From contig JBDOQK010000011.1 of NCBI GenBank assembly GCA_040437565.1, forward strand, positions 434,001 through 498,000: a DNA stretch of 64,000 bases, given 5' to 3'. The number at the start of each line of letters is the position of its first letter. The first letter of the stretch is position 1. This document shows positions 11,597 through 24,791 of this stretch, piece by piece. The notes below the pieces were generated by a model that saw only the letters and a list, made by a program, of their open reading frames with translations, was not told the DNA's origin and did not search any database. The translations under genes were made by a program, and so were the position numbers. This stretch comes from Albugo candida (Eukaryota).

Positions 11597-12346
11597 TCAA
11601 TTTCTCAATTCGTGATTCACGCTGATAGCGAGATGATGTTCGGCTAGACAATTTGCAACACGAAAAAGATGATCAAGATGTGGTCGTACATCGTCGCAAT
11701 CCAGCAAGCTATTGAGGACCCTTGTCAGTGATTCCAGCGCACGATCGTTTGCATCATCGATGAAATTTGGCACTGGAATCCCATTTCTTGGCTGCAGCAC
11801 AAATGAAAGTAGATTGTTATCGACTAAGACTACTCGAGATAAGTCTTCTCGTACAACACGGAGATCTTTGAGATAAAATCCATCTCGCCAGACACAGTCT
11901 TCTCGATAAAATCGACCCTTAAAAATCGTTCTTTTTGGATCCAGTGCATCCAAAATCGGCTCTCCGTAAACTCGTAGTCCAGCTGTGAATACGTACAAAT
12001 CGAAAGATTTTGCAGCCTCTTTTAAGAAAGCGTCCAAACCAGGTCGTTTATTGACGATTGCACGCTCCCCTTCGCTGGTCAAGATTTCAAAAGAATCCTC
12101 ATATAAAGGGTATCGCCGGAACATATTTTCATGTTGAAAAATACTGTGGATAAGACATTCGTCCATGTCTAGGACCAGTGCAAGCTGTCTCGGCGCAGGT
12201 GGATGTGCAGGCTTTCCAGTCGCGATATTTGTCGAGAAAGATGGAGCTGAGATGCACAGAATGGAATTAGACGTTCGTGTCCTTCTATTTTCAGGTTTGC
12301 AAGAAGCAGACGTACTCTGTGTATATTGCACGACAGCGGTGCTCAT
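11597..12346 (-). CDS. NIF/FCP1-SCP family HAD phosphatase (CTD small phosphatase-like)
   Basis: LVLDMDECLIHS, KRPGLDAFL, VFTAG, YREDC, YLKDL, VLVDNN, NGIPV. Confidence 0.9.
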   Translation of the reverse strand: MSTAVVQYTQSTSASCKPENRRTRTSNSILCISAPSFSTNIATGKPAHPPAPRQLALVLDMDECLIHSIFQHENMFRRYPLYEDSFEILTSEGERAIVNKRPGLDAFLKEAAKSFDLYVFTAGLRVYGEPILDALDPKRTIFKGRFYREDCVWRDGFYLKDLRVVREDLSRVVLVDNNLLSFVLQPRNGIPVPNFIDDANDRALESLTRVLNSLLDCDDVRPHLDHLFRVANCLAEHHLAISVNHELRN

Positions 12347-13086
12347 CAGAAAACGATATGTATACTAAAGTATGAATGTTTCTTGATTGCTTTTAGGAAG
12401 AAAAACTGTGTTTGGAGGTATGACTGAGAAACACGGCGATATCCTTACACCTACGTTTGCTAAATGCCTTAACGTTTAGAAAGCATTATAAAGAAGACGT
12501 CTTCTCATTGGCTCGGCATCTGCAACCCTATCTGCTTCGAAATAAGGAGCTACGGTTGAACGGGTCAGGTCGCAATTTTACGCATAATTGCTTTGTGTTG
12601 ATTTAGCGTCAACCCGAGTCTCAACATATTTGTAACAATGCAGGATTTAATCAACGGAGAGGAATGAAGGCAAATTATACTGCAGCGAGTCGAATCAAAG
12701 TTGACTACAAGTTGCTTGTTGCGAGATTTTGATTGGGTGCTGCTCGCATGACGCAAGTCCCATGCAGCCAATTGCATACCAGTGATCAGGATCTCACCTT
12801 GACCAATCATATCGAAGAATTGACTTATCTGATTTCGAATATGAAATTTGCAAACAAACTGACAAAACACCGGTCTTACCGGTGCGTATTTAGAGTACAG
12901 GTAATAAACGCAAACGGTGGCAGCACAAATTTGGTGGGCAAGGACATTGCAATAAGAGATCGTCGTGGTCAAAACTAAGATCCCTGAATTCACAACTTCG
13001 CAATTGAATGTCTCAATAGCAGATACTATTCCAGCAACAGTAAATTTGATCTTAAAACTGGTCGTATTCTGACTTCCCCTGATGAA

Positions 13087-15238
13087 ATGAATGATCCATC
13101 CATACCACCTACCCCTGCAGAGCATTCATCGAGATCTTCCATCATCAGGTATATCAAAATCCATGTGTGTCGCCATCCTGCCACACGCATGTGCATTTAA
13201 TACCGACCCAAATGATCCTATTTTCCTTAATAAGGAAAAAACGTCACTGTAGTTAACCGTTTGCGAGCCTCCTCACTCCTTTTTAGGACTGGCCAAAATT
13301 TTTGTTAACCAGTGTCGTAATCCTTATTAAGGGAAGAATCAGGGTTTTCAATTTTTACGAGCTAACTGTGCTTTTTTCTCAGACGCGAACTATACAACAA
13401 CGAGGATAACAACCAGTCGCATGCTCCACAACGGGACACACGACATTCGTTCCACGAGCGAAAATATGAGTCGACAACACCTTTACAAATTGATACCGCA
13501 CATCGTCATCAAAATCTATTACAATATTGTTATCAGGAACCTTACTCAGCACCGTGCAATGAGGAAATCATCGTCCCTGACATACTTCCTCAATTTGCTC
13601 CCTCGTCCACACCAGACTTGGTCAATCCACATCATTCCAGTTACAATCTAAATGCATCATCCATTCCGACCGCGACAGGTAATTTAAATCTACTCGTACA
13701 ATCGGCTACCGGGGATGTTACGAGTTCCGTATCTGTTGTGGATGGCGCAAACTCCATACACTATTCCAGTGCAGGATACTCAAAAGTCGGTCATAGACAT
13801 CCTCATTTCCCGCCAGCTACTCATAAGGAGCATGAGTACTTTCACTCATTTCCTTGCTCACCGAGAATGAGTATCTCGATATCTACGGCAGAGAAATCTC
13901 GTCCATCGCCTTCGATTGAACTAAATCCCATGTTCGCTTCCTTCTCAACGGATTCCATCCCTTGCGATCAAACCACCAGCCATCTCGCGCATCGGAAGCA
14001 CCTGGACACCAACTGGCAGCTCCCAGCGCCTTCGATGGCGCCCTTCACTTCCATAGGCTACCCTCCTTTGATTTCAAGTATGATTTCACCAACAACGAGT
14101 ATCTATGGATACGCGAGTCCAAGACACCCTCAAGCGGACTCACGAGTCTCACGAGCGGAAAACTTATTTGAGGATACATCCTCAATTCCACATTCTTCAT
14201 TATATCGGTCGTTTACGCAGAATGAAGTCCCAATGACGCAAGAACACAAGCGAATCGGACCAAATGCGTGTGTGTTATGTGCTGCCCCACACGCTCATGT
14301 CATCGCGGACCCCTGTGAGCATCTGTATCATGGCCAATGCGCTGTATCTCTCAATGGAAAAACACTCGGCGCCTGCGTTTGTGGACAGGTACCCTCACAT
14401 GTATCCCCTCTCGAGGCTGAACCTCACTCACACTTTATAGATAATCCGAAAGTTTCGATCGATGCAACACGGCTCAATGTCCAATGTCTATGATTCAAAA
14501 CACCCAAATCGATGGGATGATGTGTTCCAGGATCCCCAGCAGAAGCCTCCAAACACAGCAACAGTCGGACTGCAAATTGATACGAATATCGGAATGGCGA
14601 GCACGTGGCAACATTCGAATGGTAAGCTCGCTATCAACTCTTCACCTGAGACTAATTTCGCAATAGGAGCTTCCTTGGGAACCACTCGAGCACCGACAAC
14701 TCTCGTGTTTACTGACGACGTGAACGGCAAGTCGCTCAAACAAGATCATCGTAAACTCCGTACATGTGCGATAACAGGATGTAATCGTACCATTCGATCT
14801 CGTGGGCTTTGTAAAGCTCATGGTGGAGGCAAACGATGCGATGAACCAGGCTGTAATTTGAGCGATCAAGGTGGAGGAAGATGTATCAACCACGGAGGTG
14901 GGAAACGCTGTCAAGTAGACAATTGTAAAAATTCCGCGCAATCACGAGGCTTATGTAAACATCATGGCGGTGGAAGTCGATGTACGCATCCAGGATGTGA
15001 TAAAAGCAGTCAAGGGAACGGAAGATGTCGAGCACATGGAGGCGGACGACGATGTCGTGTGGAAGGCTGTGAGAAAACGGACCGGCGAGGCGGATATTGC
15101 GTCACACATGGAGCTGATCGCAAATGCACCGTACCCGAATGCATGAAGACCGCACGCATGCGAGGTCTCTGCACAAATCATTACTTTGCTGAGCATCCAG
15201 CCACCACAAATTGCATGAATCATCGGACCGACGTTTAA
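13087..15238 (+). CDS. RING-like finger + tandem WRKY19-type CxxxGC...CxxHGGG zinc-finger repeats (3 exons)
   Basis: Introns 13149-13382 and 14389-14440 (GT...AG) join the ORFs in frame. RING-like: CVLC...PCEHLYHGQC...CVCGQ|IIRKF. About six C-x4-C...G.C..H units follow at the C-terminus. Confidence 0.75.
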
Positions 15239-15362
15239 AATTGGCGCAATAGACAAATGAATCGGAGCAACAAATGGGAATAATTTTCAAAATGAATTGC
15301 AAATATCAAATGAATTAAATCGATAATAAAGTAATAAAAAATTTCGACACTTGAATGAGATT

Positions 15363-16853
15363 CTATTGGTACCCGGCTCGATCTCGATCTCGACCACGGT
15401 CTCGATTGTTATAATCCCAACGGGATGAATGTAATTGTCGTGAATGTTCACTGTACGAGTATCCTGGTGATTCTTGACGTCGATCTTCCCAGCGAGGTAC
15501 ACGTCCACGTGGAGATTCAATGACACGTGGTCGTTTTGCAGCATAGCGATCCGGTCGGTGCATATCTGAAGTGCTGTGACGACGGGCTACTACGGAGCTT
15601 TGCATGTAGCTCGCGTGCTGGGTATCCGAGACGTGACGAGATCTCGCAACATTTTGTCGTGTAGCGGCTTTTTTTCGTTCCAATTGTTTCCTTTCATCTA
15701 TTTCCATGGCTTTGCGACATACGGAATATAATTGCTCGAGTCCGCGAAATTCTTTCTCCATATCCAATTTGGTCATTTGTAGATTAGTATCTTGCATCTT
15801 GACGTCAAAGGTCAAGAGTTTTGATAATTGTTGTAACAATTCTTCTCGTTTAATGGCTTGATATTCGAGATTATCGCGATACTGTTGGACGTGATCGCGA
15901 CTTTTTTCAATGTCTAAATCGTACACTTGTTGTTCGACAACGTCCCACGCGATTCCGACTTGAGCCATTTTCTCATCTCCATCTCCCTGAATCGGTTTGT
16001 AAGCTTCGATTGCGTAATGGAAATTACTGATGCAAGATTCTAATTGAAAGACTCGATCACTCAGTAAATCCGATGTGATGGTCGCACTCACAAGATTCTG
16101 GATTTTCTGACTGACTGTAGATGTCATTTCTGAGTCTTGTACTTCAGGCATATCTTCCAGAGCTACTTCCATTGATTTCTCACTTAATAAATTCTTCAAA
16201 AATTCTGTTTCTTCTCGGTCAAAATTCGTGCTTGGAATCGGATTTTCCCCAATTTGAGCCTTCAAAAGCTCTCTACATAACCAAATCAGCATACATCTCT
16301 CTTTCATCCATCAAATCGCTTACGTTGGGTCTTTTCCGGCGCAAATATGCTGCAATATGACCATCGGTTCCGGTGAGATAACAGAGCGAGCTTTCCAAAT
16401 TCCAACGATTTTTATCAAGCAGCGTTTGACTTTCTCAAAACTGCAGCGTTTCTGACTTTGCTCTAAATCTCCATCGTCTTCTTCTCGAGTCATAATGAAT
16501 TGTGCCGCCTCAAGCAATTTGGTCTCAAACGCATCGGAGATGGCTTTTCCTCTCGTACGTGCGCCCACTTGTATCACGTCGTTGGCCACATACAGCAGCA
16601 CAATTTGATGCGAGGAATCAGTCGACTCGCTGGTGATAAGTTCGTACCAAATTTGTACCATTTTGTCAAGGTACGGAAAGTGATCGAGTATCCATCGACT
16701 GGTACTTTGAATACTTTGTTGCGTGTTTTTACAGCGACTTAGTAATTTTGTGACTTTCTCTTGCAGTTTTAGAGAGTTTGAGCTTGGTGTGGTGGGTGAC
16801 GGAAGCGGTGAAGAGGATTCTTTGAACGCCATTGGATTTTCCAACTCGCACAA
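15363..16853 (-). CDS. RNA Pol II CTD-interacting domain (CID/RPR) protein, RPRD/Rtt103-like, with an Arg/Ser-rich tail
   Basis: TQQSIQSTSRWIL, LLYVANDVIQ and IVGIWKARSV. One intron near 16262-16323. A coiled-coil region and an RDRGRDRDR tail follow. Confidence 0.8.
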
Positions 16854-16919
16854 TGGATCGTCTTTTTTCCGTGATGGTGTTTCAAGGTCAAGATGGGAAC
16901 GAATAGGATGATACGTCTA

Positions 16920-18467
16920 TTATCCTAGTTTATTGTTTGAAGGACACGCTATGATCAGATCGAGCATGCCGACTAGCGACATCATTTCCTTTTGCGCGCG
17001 TAGCTCTTCGTTGATCTTCTCATGCAATTTGACGAAAAGCTGATCGATGAGAACGGATTGACTGAGTTTAGATGCGTATAAGTCACACACCAGCGAGCAA
17101 ATTGGACGAAGTAATGATGCGTATTTGGGATCGGTAACGTATTTAACCAAGAATGCCAGCAACGGCTCCAATGCTTCTTCATCGCGTTCAGAAATTGCGC
17201 GTTTCAATCCCAATCGAAGACGAAGCTCTTCAAGCATACTGGCGACGATATTAGGGCAACGAGTGCTCAGAGCCTCATCCAAAGCGTTTTTATAATCGAA
17301 TCTACGCAACGCTCGATCGTATGGAGCAATTCGTTTTTGTCGTGTCGTCACGACTCTAAAGTCATCGCAAGTATGAGATTGTTTTTTCGCCTGAAGGAAA
17401 TATCGATAGGAACCATGACGAAGTATTGTCTTTCGAGTTTGTAAATCGATCGCTTCTAATTTCTTTACATGACGACGACGTACTGATAACACACCGTCAG
17501 TAGTGCCAGTGAAAAAATGCGAATTTGTAGGTGACATCCCCATGGATAAAACCCCTCCTTGGGTCTTGAACCCATACAAAACTTGATACGTTTTCATGTC
17601 GTAGATTTTGACATGTCCGTCCAAAGCGCCTGACATGATTCGAGTCTTGGTTCCGTCCAGCCCGAGACTGGTGATTGTCTTTTGATGGCTCGAAAATGTA
17701 TGCATAAGCTGTCCTCCACTTAGAATGTCCCATACCTTGATTTCATTACCTCCTGCTGACATCATAAGCCCTCCTCCAGGAAGTATCATACAAGCTTCCA
17801 CTGGTGCACCGTGATTGACGTTCATTGTCGAAGCAACTATATTTTTAGAGTCTGCGGTTCGAACATCCCAAAGGCGAACTGTGTGGTCGTATGACGCAGT
17901 TGCCCATACATCTATTGTTGTTGGATGATTGCAACAATGTCGAACGTGGTCTGAATGTTGACCGAAAAGCGCGATCGGTGTTCCTGTGGCTACATCCCAG
18001 TATCGAGCCGTATTATCGTCCGAACATGAAAATACATGAACATTATCTTTTGCGAATTGAGTGCAATGTACCGGGCGCGAATGACCTTGTAAACTTCGCA
18101 AAATGGCACGAGTTTGTATGTCGATGATTTGGACCTGAGGTATTTTGCCCCCGACAACGAGCAATTTGCCATCAGAACGGAAGTTTCCAGAATAAACGAT
18201 GTCACGAAAGCGACTGAATGTCTTTGTAATTTGATTTGTCGCGATATTGTATAGATGAACTCGTGCAGAAGTCGTGATGGCGACGTCATATGGAGCAACA
18301 GGACTCACGTCAATGTGAGAAACAGGACCAACCTGCGGTAATTCTTCAGGAGCATTGTACTTTTTCCAGTAGCCGCTTTCGCTGCTGTCGAAATTTTCCA
18401 CAGGGGGAAATTGTTTGAGCGCCAAACGTTTGAATTCGCCGGCAGTCGAAGGTGTCGTGGTCGCCAT
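16920..18467 (-). CDS. UTP15: U3 snoRNA-associated protein 15 (WD40 + UTP15 C-terminal domain)
   Basis: FSRFRDIVYSGNFRSDGKLL, WD repeats, HQKTITSL, and the C-terminal RDEEALEPLL. Confidence 0.92.
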   Translation of the reverse strand: MATTTPSTAGEFKRLALKQFPPVENFDSSESGYWKKYNAPEELPQVGPVSHIDVSPVAPYDVAITTSARVHLYNIATNQITKTFSRFRDIVYSGNFRSDGKLLVVGGKIPQVQIIDIQTRAILRSLQGHSRPVHCTQFAKDNVHVFSCSDDNTARYWDVATGTPIALFGQHSDHVRHCCNHPTTIDVWATASYDHTVRLWDVRTADSKNIVASTMNVNHGAPVEACMILPGGGLMMSAGGNEIKVWDILSGGQLMHTFSSHQKTITSLGLDGTKTRIMSGALDGHVKIYDMKTYQVLYGFKTQGGVLSMGMSPTNSHFFTGTTDGVLSVRRRHVKKLEAIDLQTRKTILRHGSYRYFLQAKKQSHTCDDFRVVTTRQKRIAPYDRALRRFDYKNALDEALSTRCPNIVASMLEELRLRLGLKRAISERDEEALEPLLAFLVKYVTDPKYASLLRPICSLVCDLYASKLSQSVLIDQLFVKLHEKINEELRAQKEMMSLVGMLDLIIACPSNNKLG

Positions 18468-18850
18468 CAGCTTGTATGTGCTTAATATTGTAAATAAGTA
18501 TGTTTATGAGATGAATATTGCAATAAAAAGGCTGGTATTGCAGTACGTCTATAATGTCAATATTGTCTAGAAGGGATTTCATATTAAAACCAAAAGAATG
18601 TATGAAATGGAGTCATAAAATTAGNNNNNNNNNNNNNNNNNNNNNNNNNNNNNNNNNNNNNNNNNNNNNNNNNNNNNNNNNNNNNNNNNNNNNNNNNNNN
18701 NNNNNNNNNNNNNNNNNNNNNNNNGCAGTACGTCTATAATGTCAACATTGTCTAGAAGGGATTTCATATTAGCACCAAAAGAATGTATGAAATGGAGTCA
18801 TAAAATTAGTAATACGACATCATGTCGAGTGATCTATGTATATGCATCTA

Positions 18851-19783
18851 CTAGAAGAAATGCGATTCTGGATTTTGCGTGTACCCATCTCCTGATTCTT
18901 CTTTAGCGCCTCGGAGAAGCAGCGCAGCTCCAATTGCAAGCAACGCACCAAAAACGCCAACCAACGCCCCCGAGCCGAGTTTGTTTCCATAGGCTTCCAA
19001 CTTTCCTAAGACACGATTTCGGCACATAAAATAAGGATTTGCACCGACCATCGTATTCTCCATTCCCGTGACCAATCGACTTCCGCAATAAATCAAAATA
19101 TCGTTTGTTCGTGGACACTGCTCATTCGACCACTCCATGACACCCCAATACTCTGCTGTTTGCGTCGTAAACGAGCACCCTGAGCATGCCGTAGTAAGTC
19201 CAGTCAACCGCGTTATCATCGGATTGTTGAGTGCTTGATTGCAAGTACTTCCAAGTGAGGCTTCTGACCCGACAATTCCAATTAAAGTGGCTACCACTTC
19301 ACGCGATAACATCGTCCCAGCGGTAGCTTGTAATGGAATCTCATTGCAGATAAACGATCCTTGAGCATAACAGTATGCTCTTTCGAACCCGTTTTTTATA
19401 TTCACTTCGTCGAGGTTGACGGGAAACGGTCTTCCTTGCCAATCGTCTGCTCGAGAAGATATCAAATACCCCGATACGGTCACAACGAGTAAGAGTATCA
19501 TAAATATCGCCGATAGTCCCGCAAATGCAATAAGTACGACGTTCGATTTGATAAACGCTGCAGCTATTCCCAGAAATCCCAAAACGATTACAAAGCCACC
19601 CAGGACCTTGATTAGTGTGATCACCGTATGTGACGTATCCTCATAATAGCTATCTACCACGTCAATCCATCCCGTTCGATGAATATCGATGGCAAAATAT
19701 AATAAGAGGATGCCGCTTATGAGAATTAAGACGCTGACACCAGATAGCGCAATAACAGCAGGAAACTTTGAGTTCGATCCCAT
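18851..19783 (-). CDS. Tetraspanin-like four-TM protein with a Cys-rich large loop
   Basis: Three N-terminal TM segments, a large loop with 8 Cys, and one C-terminal TM. First ATG at 19783. Paralog of the gene at 1-634. Confidence 0.8.
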   Translation of the reverse strand: MGSNSKFPAVIALSGVSVLILISGILLLYFAIDIHRTGWIDVVDSYYEDTSHTVITLIKVLGGFVIVLGFLGIAAAFIKSNVVLIAFAGLSAIFMILLLVVTVSGYLISSRADDWQGRPFPVNLDEVNIKNGFERAYCYAQGSFICNEIPLQATAGTMLSREVVATLIGIVGSEASLGSTCNQALNNPMITRLTGLTTACSGCSFTTQTAEYWGVMEWSNEQCPRTNDILIYCGSRLVTGMENTMVGANPYFMCRNRVLGKLEAYGNKLGSGALVGVFGALLAIGAALLLRGAKEESGDGYTQNPESHFF

Positions 19784-20404
19784 AGAAAATAAGAAAATGT
19801 TCAAGTGTTTATGTCGAGTTTTACCACTTGTACCTACGTGGTCCGCTTGATTTTTAGTAAGCGTTGTACTTCATCCTTCCAAATCATCGTCACGTTGTGT
19901 CGACTGAGTGCAGAAAAATGGATTTTTATGCCAAAAGTTGCAACACTATACAAGCTGTTGTAAAGTCGTCGGTCCTAAGCTGTAAATTTTCCTCTTCCTA
20001 TCGTCCACTCGAACGTTATTTTGATACAATGGCACACAACCATTTCATAGAAACGTACTTAATATTCAATCAGATCGTTGTGATCTGATTGATTTATTTG
20101 ACATGTAACTTGGTAACGGGTCAAGGTTCACTTTTACTGGTGACATACAAGTACCAGTAGGTGCATCAGCTGAAGCTACACTTTGCCGACGTAGCAAGTC
20201 CTCCACGGGCGCNNNNNNNNNNNNNNNNNNNNNNNNNNNNNNNNNNNNNNNNNNNNNNNNNNNNNNNNNNNNNNNNNNNNNNNNNNNNNNNNNNNNNNNN
20301 NNNNNNNNNNNNCCTAAGCTGTAAATTTTTTTCTCCCTATCGTCCACTCGAACGTTATTTTGATACAATCGCACACAACCATTTCATAAAAACGTACTTA
20401 ATAT

Positions 20405-22172
20405 TCAATCAGATCGTTGTGATCTGATTGATTTATTTGACATGTAACTTGGTAACGGATCAAGGTTCACTTTTACTGGTGACACACAAGTACCAGTAGG
20501 TGCATCAGCTGAAGCTACACTTTGCCGACGTAGCAAGTCCTCCACGGGCGCTCGTATATTGATTGATTGTGGGAGGGAACGAGATTCTGAGGGTTTCCGC
20601 GGGGAGGAAAGAGGAGATAACTTTTGAGGATCGTCAGTGTTGAGTCTATGAATGAGGTCCATATTCAGTGGCAAAGGTTCTCGGAGCTTCCATTCTCGAG
20701 ATAAAGACTGAATCAAAATGGAAGCTTCTTGAATAAGTGTGGAATCACCCATACTGTTATCAGCTATCTGTCTCAAGTGGAAAACTGCCATTCCAATACG
20801 ACGATATAGATTTTCCGAAAGCTTTGAATCAGGTTGATTCCTGAGTAGAAATCTCAACAGTGTGAGGATCCGATCAATGGCCAACGCGACACCCATCGGC
20901 AAACCATTCATTTGGAGATAAACGTTTTGTGACGTCGAACTGATCATACAAGCGTCGAGCAAAGGCTTACTCAGATGCTCCAACCAGTCCAAAAGCAGAG
21001 CTGAAAATATCGTTATGGCATTCTCAGAGCTCATAGACTGTTGCAGAGAATGCCAAGCGTGCGGACCCTGATTGAATGCGACTTTTATAGAAAATAATTC
21101 ATCGAGTATCGATGTACTCTGCGACGCTGAGGCCCCCAAAGTATCTTGAGGAGAGCTGTGCCTTCGACCGAAGGATCCAGAGTCCTGGTTGCGACTGTTT
21201 GCCAGATATCTGAGCGGTACTTGCGCTCGAGGCGGATGAGCTATCAACGCCTGAATGACCTCGAACGATGCCTTTTCAGAAAACTGTTCCAATTTCGAAC
21301 AAAGAAAATTCAGAATCCTGGATATCTGGAAACTTCTTTGACCCGTGTGAGTTCCATGCATCAAACGATTTTGCTGCTCAATAGCTTGTGCAATTGTGAA
21401 TGGCTCGTGGATGAACGGTAACGCGAATGTGACTTTAGCAGAATTCATATATTCACAAAATTCATGAACAAATGTCGCTTGACCTGAAGTTTGTATGGAA
21501 CCTGGCCGATCTCGTCGTACGATATGAATCGCGCGCTCAGGAGAGATCCCATGCATGAAAAGAAGAACACAAGCAATCGCGAGACCTGTTCGGCCATATC
21601 CGGCATGACAATGGACAGCTACCTAATATCGATTGAGCATTATCAAAACACACAAATCATCCTCACCTTTTGCATTCCGTCCTGTAGCATCGACGTCATC
21701 ACTTTGACAATGTCCATCATCAACGAAAGCGGTGGCACAGTCATATCTTCCCATCCAAAATTGTAAAATTGGACTGTTGAATGGAAAGGAGTCAGTAACC
21801 ACGATACATAAGTACCTGTTACCAACTCTTTTGTGCCATAAAGTCGTTTTCTGGATCGTATGGAAAACCACTTGATCCAAGACCGTCTCCACAAAATGGA
21901 TGTTCGCCTGGAATCGTCAGATTGAAGACAGCTGTGATATGATGACGATGGAATTGGTCGGTTATTTGGTACTGTTTGATCAATCGCGAGGAAGGACGCA
22001 TCATTCCAAGAATTCGATCAGTTATCCAGTCCGCATGTAAACCGGGAATTGGTGAGTCTGTTTTCGCCAGAGCGGCATGTTCACTGCAGCGTTTACATTG
22101 TGGTCCCCCGCAAAATCGACATTTAATTGTCAGTTTTTGTTCCCAATCTCTCGCTCGAACAGGAGAACTCAT
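20405..22172 (-). CDS. PTPDC1: Protein tyrosine phosphatase domain-containing 1-like (multi-exon)
   Basis: CGGPQCKRC, GLHADWITDRILGMMRP, GEHPFCGDG, FYNFGWEDM, catalytic HCHAGYGRTG (about 21590-21620) and RPGSIQT. Confidence 0.88.
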
Positions 22173-22261
22173 ATCGACTGCGTTTGCGATAATAATAGAA
22201 AGATAAGTTTTGGATTGAGTATTTGTATTTTGAGAATTATATCTCGATGCAAAGTTTCGTT

Positions 22262-23411
22262 TTATTCAACAAAGAATTTGTTCAGTGGGATGCGATTTTC
22301 ATCGATATCGATGACGAAACGTGGAATGCTGTTTATTCGAGAGAGACTTTCCTCATGTTTCTGGGCGATTCGCTTTGGTGGATTATACAAGGCTTCGAGA
22401 TAGAGATGATACGATGGCATGTATCGATCCACAAAGTCTTTCACTTGCGCACTGGTCAACGAAGGTTTTTTAGCAGTCCGCATAGCGGCTTCCTGTTCTT
22501 CTCTCCATCTGCCACAACACATTTCGCCATGAGATACTGCGTCGCGATGGGAATACAATACCGGTAAACCCAAGCAAGATCTGAGACTCGAAACAGTATC
22601 AGACCATTTAACTCGCGGTAAAGCAGCTCAAACTTCTTCAGTTCTAAATTGATGGGAACGAGGTGTTTGCTATGCATTGATCACGAATGTGATATAAAGA
22701 TACTTTTTTGAAACTCGCATACCTTGGTACTTGGATGGATTCGACGGCCTGAAAGCCCAAGCACCAGCCTTCGATGAGGAGCACATCCAAAGGACCTATT
22801 TTAGCTCGTTACACACTAACATCAAAAATGGTATTGACCGTATACCTTTCATTCGGTTCCATAGTCCCACTGGAACTCGATCACCACGTCCTTGATTGCA
22901 TGACTTATCGTATGCTGGTATCGGTATGGTCTTTGTGGATTGTTTGCATTCGCGTACAAAGTCGAGTAAAAGGCGGAGATCATGCGTACCCGGATTTCCT
23001 CGGTACTGAGAAAAGAAACGTGGGGGTTTCTATCAATCGGTTGGGTCGTGGTACCTGGAGCAAAGGATTGTCCGAGTTTTCCTTAGCGATGTGTACTTGA
23101 TCAGTATAGCTCATGTATACATCATCCAGCGAGATAACAGCGCATTTTTTGCCGATTGCGTTGAAACCTGCCTTTAGTATACTGCAAGCGGTTGTTTTTC
23201 CACCGCCTTGCACGCAGCTAAGACCAATCACGGTACATTTATGGTGTTCACTCAAGTGGTTTCGAGCTAAAAGATCATTTATCCATTGGAATATTGGCAC
23301 ATAAGTGTGATCGATCAGATGTTTTATTGCTTTCCCGTCTAACGAGCGCGATAGATGAGGAATTTGCCGCTTCAAAGCGGTAGTAAGTAACTCATCGACG
23401 AGAATCTGCAT
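22262..23411 (-). CDS. D-glycerate 3-kinase (GLYK/Tda10-like P-loop kinase), multi-exon
   Basis: IGLSCVQGGGKTT, SLDDVY, NPLLQ..RGNPGTHD, LIEGWCLGF and FVDRYMPSY. Confidence 0.85.
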
Positions 23412-23667
23412 TGAGACCCGAGATTGTCTTGGAATAATATATGGAGATTATAATGTGCGACTGAATACTAAATGTGATGGGCTTTAAGGTAGTCTACGCC
23501 ATTACAGCAGCTTTTCACGACAATAATAATTAAGGTTTGAGCATCGACGTCCACCATAATAGAGCTTCTCGACTAGGATCAATGATTAAAACAATCTTGT
23601 CTTCATGTGACCAAAATTTGGTGTAACTTGACACATATCTAGGATCACACCTTATTTTGGATCACAA

Positions 23668-24791
23668 TGAAAGACCATCAAGACGTGAAAAACGCTGCGC
23701 ATGCGCTTAATGTAAGCGCCCTAGACTTATATTTGGCAATATATGAGGTGAAGCGAGATCTCATAGAAACTTGCTTATTAGGATAGAGGCTCTGGGCTAG
23801 ATTTTGGTGCCGTCAATTTTATCTAATCGCATGTTTGTATGAGCTAAAGCCAACTTTTTAGAGGTCACAGTAGAAGGAGACAGTTATGAGGAAGGAGTCA
23901 TATCACAAAACGGTACACAGCGATACACTTTCATGTTTATCATTCACTACTAATAACTATGGTCAAGTTCGTAATAAACTCATGGGCAAAGAAAACGACA
24001 AAGGCGTCAATAAAATCTGCGGTTGCTTTACATTGGCTTACTATCAGCCTGTGCGTATTTCACACGTTAAAAATAAGCGCTTCTAATGCGCATTCATAGT
24101 ACTTCGATGTGGACACAAGTGACGTACAACAACGAATTTCAAGAGCGATTTTACCGCTTAAGAAAAATCCTCATTTCACTGAAATCATTGGAACTTCTCC
24201 TGATGCTTATGGCCCTTTTTGGCTTTCCACTACGCTCATTTTTATGCTTGCCAGTTGCAGTAATGGCGCAGGGTATCTGGATTTTCAAGGTGATAAAGAT
24301 GAATGGACATATGATTTCTCTCGTTTGGCAACGGCGTATACACTCGTCGTTTCCTTCGTTTTGGGTGTGCCGGTTCTCACTTGGGGAGCAGTGAGATACT
24401 TTGGAGCTACTTTGAGTTTGACGTATCTCGTTTGTCTGTACGGGTATTCTACAACGCTCTATATACCAGCTTCCGTACGTATCTTTCCTATTCAATGCAT
24501 ATAATCGGACTGAAATCTTTACTTTGCGTGTAGTTTCTTTGTATGCTACCGGAAGATGCATCTGATTGGATCGTTTTGCTTTTCACTATGACGTGGTCCT
24601 TGTTTTTCCTGCTCAATAACTTTTGCAATGCGATTCGCGGCCAGTTGAGCAATGAAAAGATGCTACCATTCTTTGCAATGATTAGGTTCGTGAATTCTTG
24701 TCATCCGTGATTGATGAGCGTGACTGTATGCGTTCTTCTTAGCGCCGTGCATTTAATGTGGACGATCATGCTTAAGCTCTTGTTTTTCTAA
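23668..24791 (+). CDS. Yip1-domain Golgi membrane protein (YIPF1/2-like), multi-exon; 5' exon uncertain
   Basis: YYQP|YFDVDTSDV..RI, PDAYGPFWLSTTLIF, CLYGYS, and a C-terminal LKLLFF*. Confidence 0.8.

Noticed and set aside
12565-13125. 186-aa minus-strand ORF
   Set aside because: No recognisable motif. It overlaps the first exon and promoter region of the plus-strand zinc-finger gene.
19974-20212. Duplicate PTPDC1 3' end
   Set aside because: Gap-associated overlap of 20313-20551.
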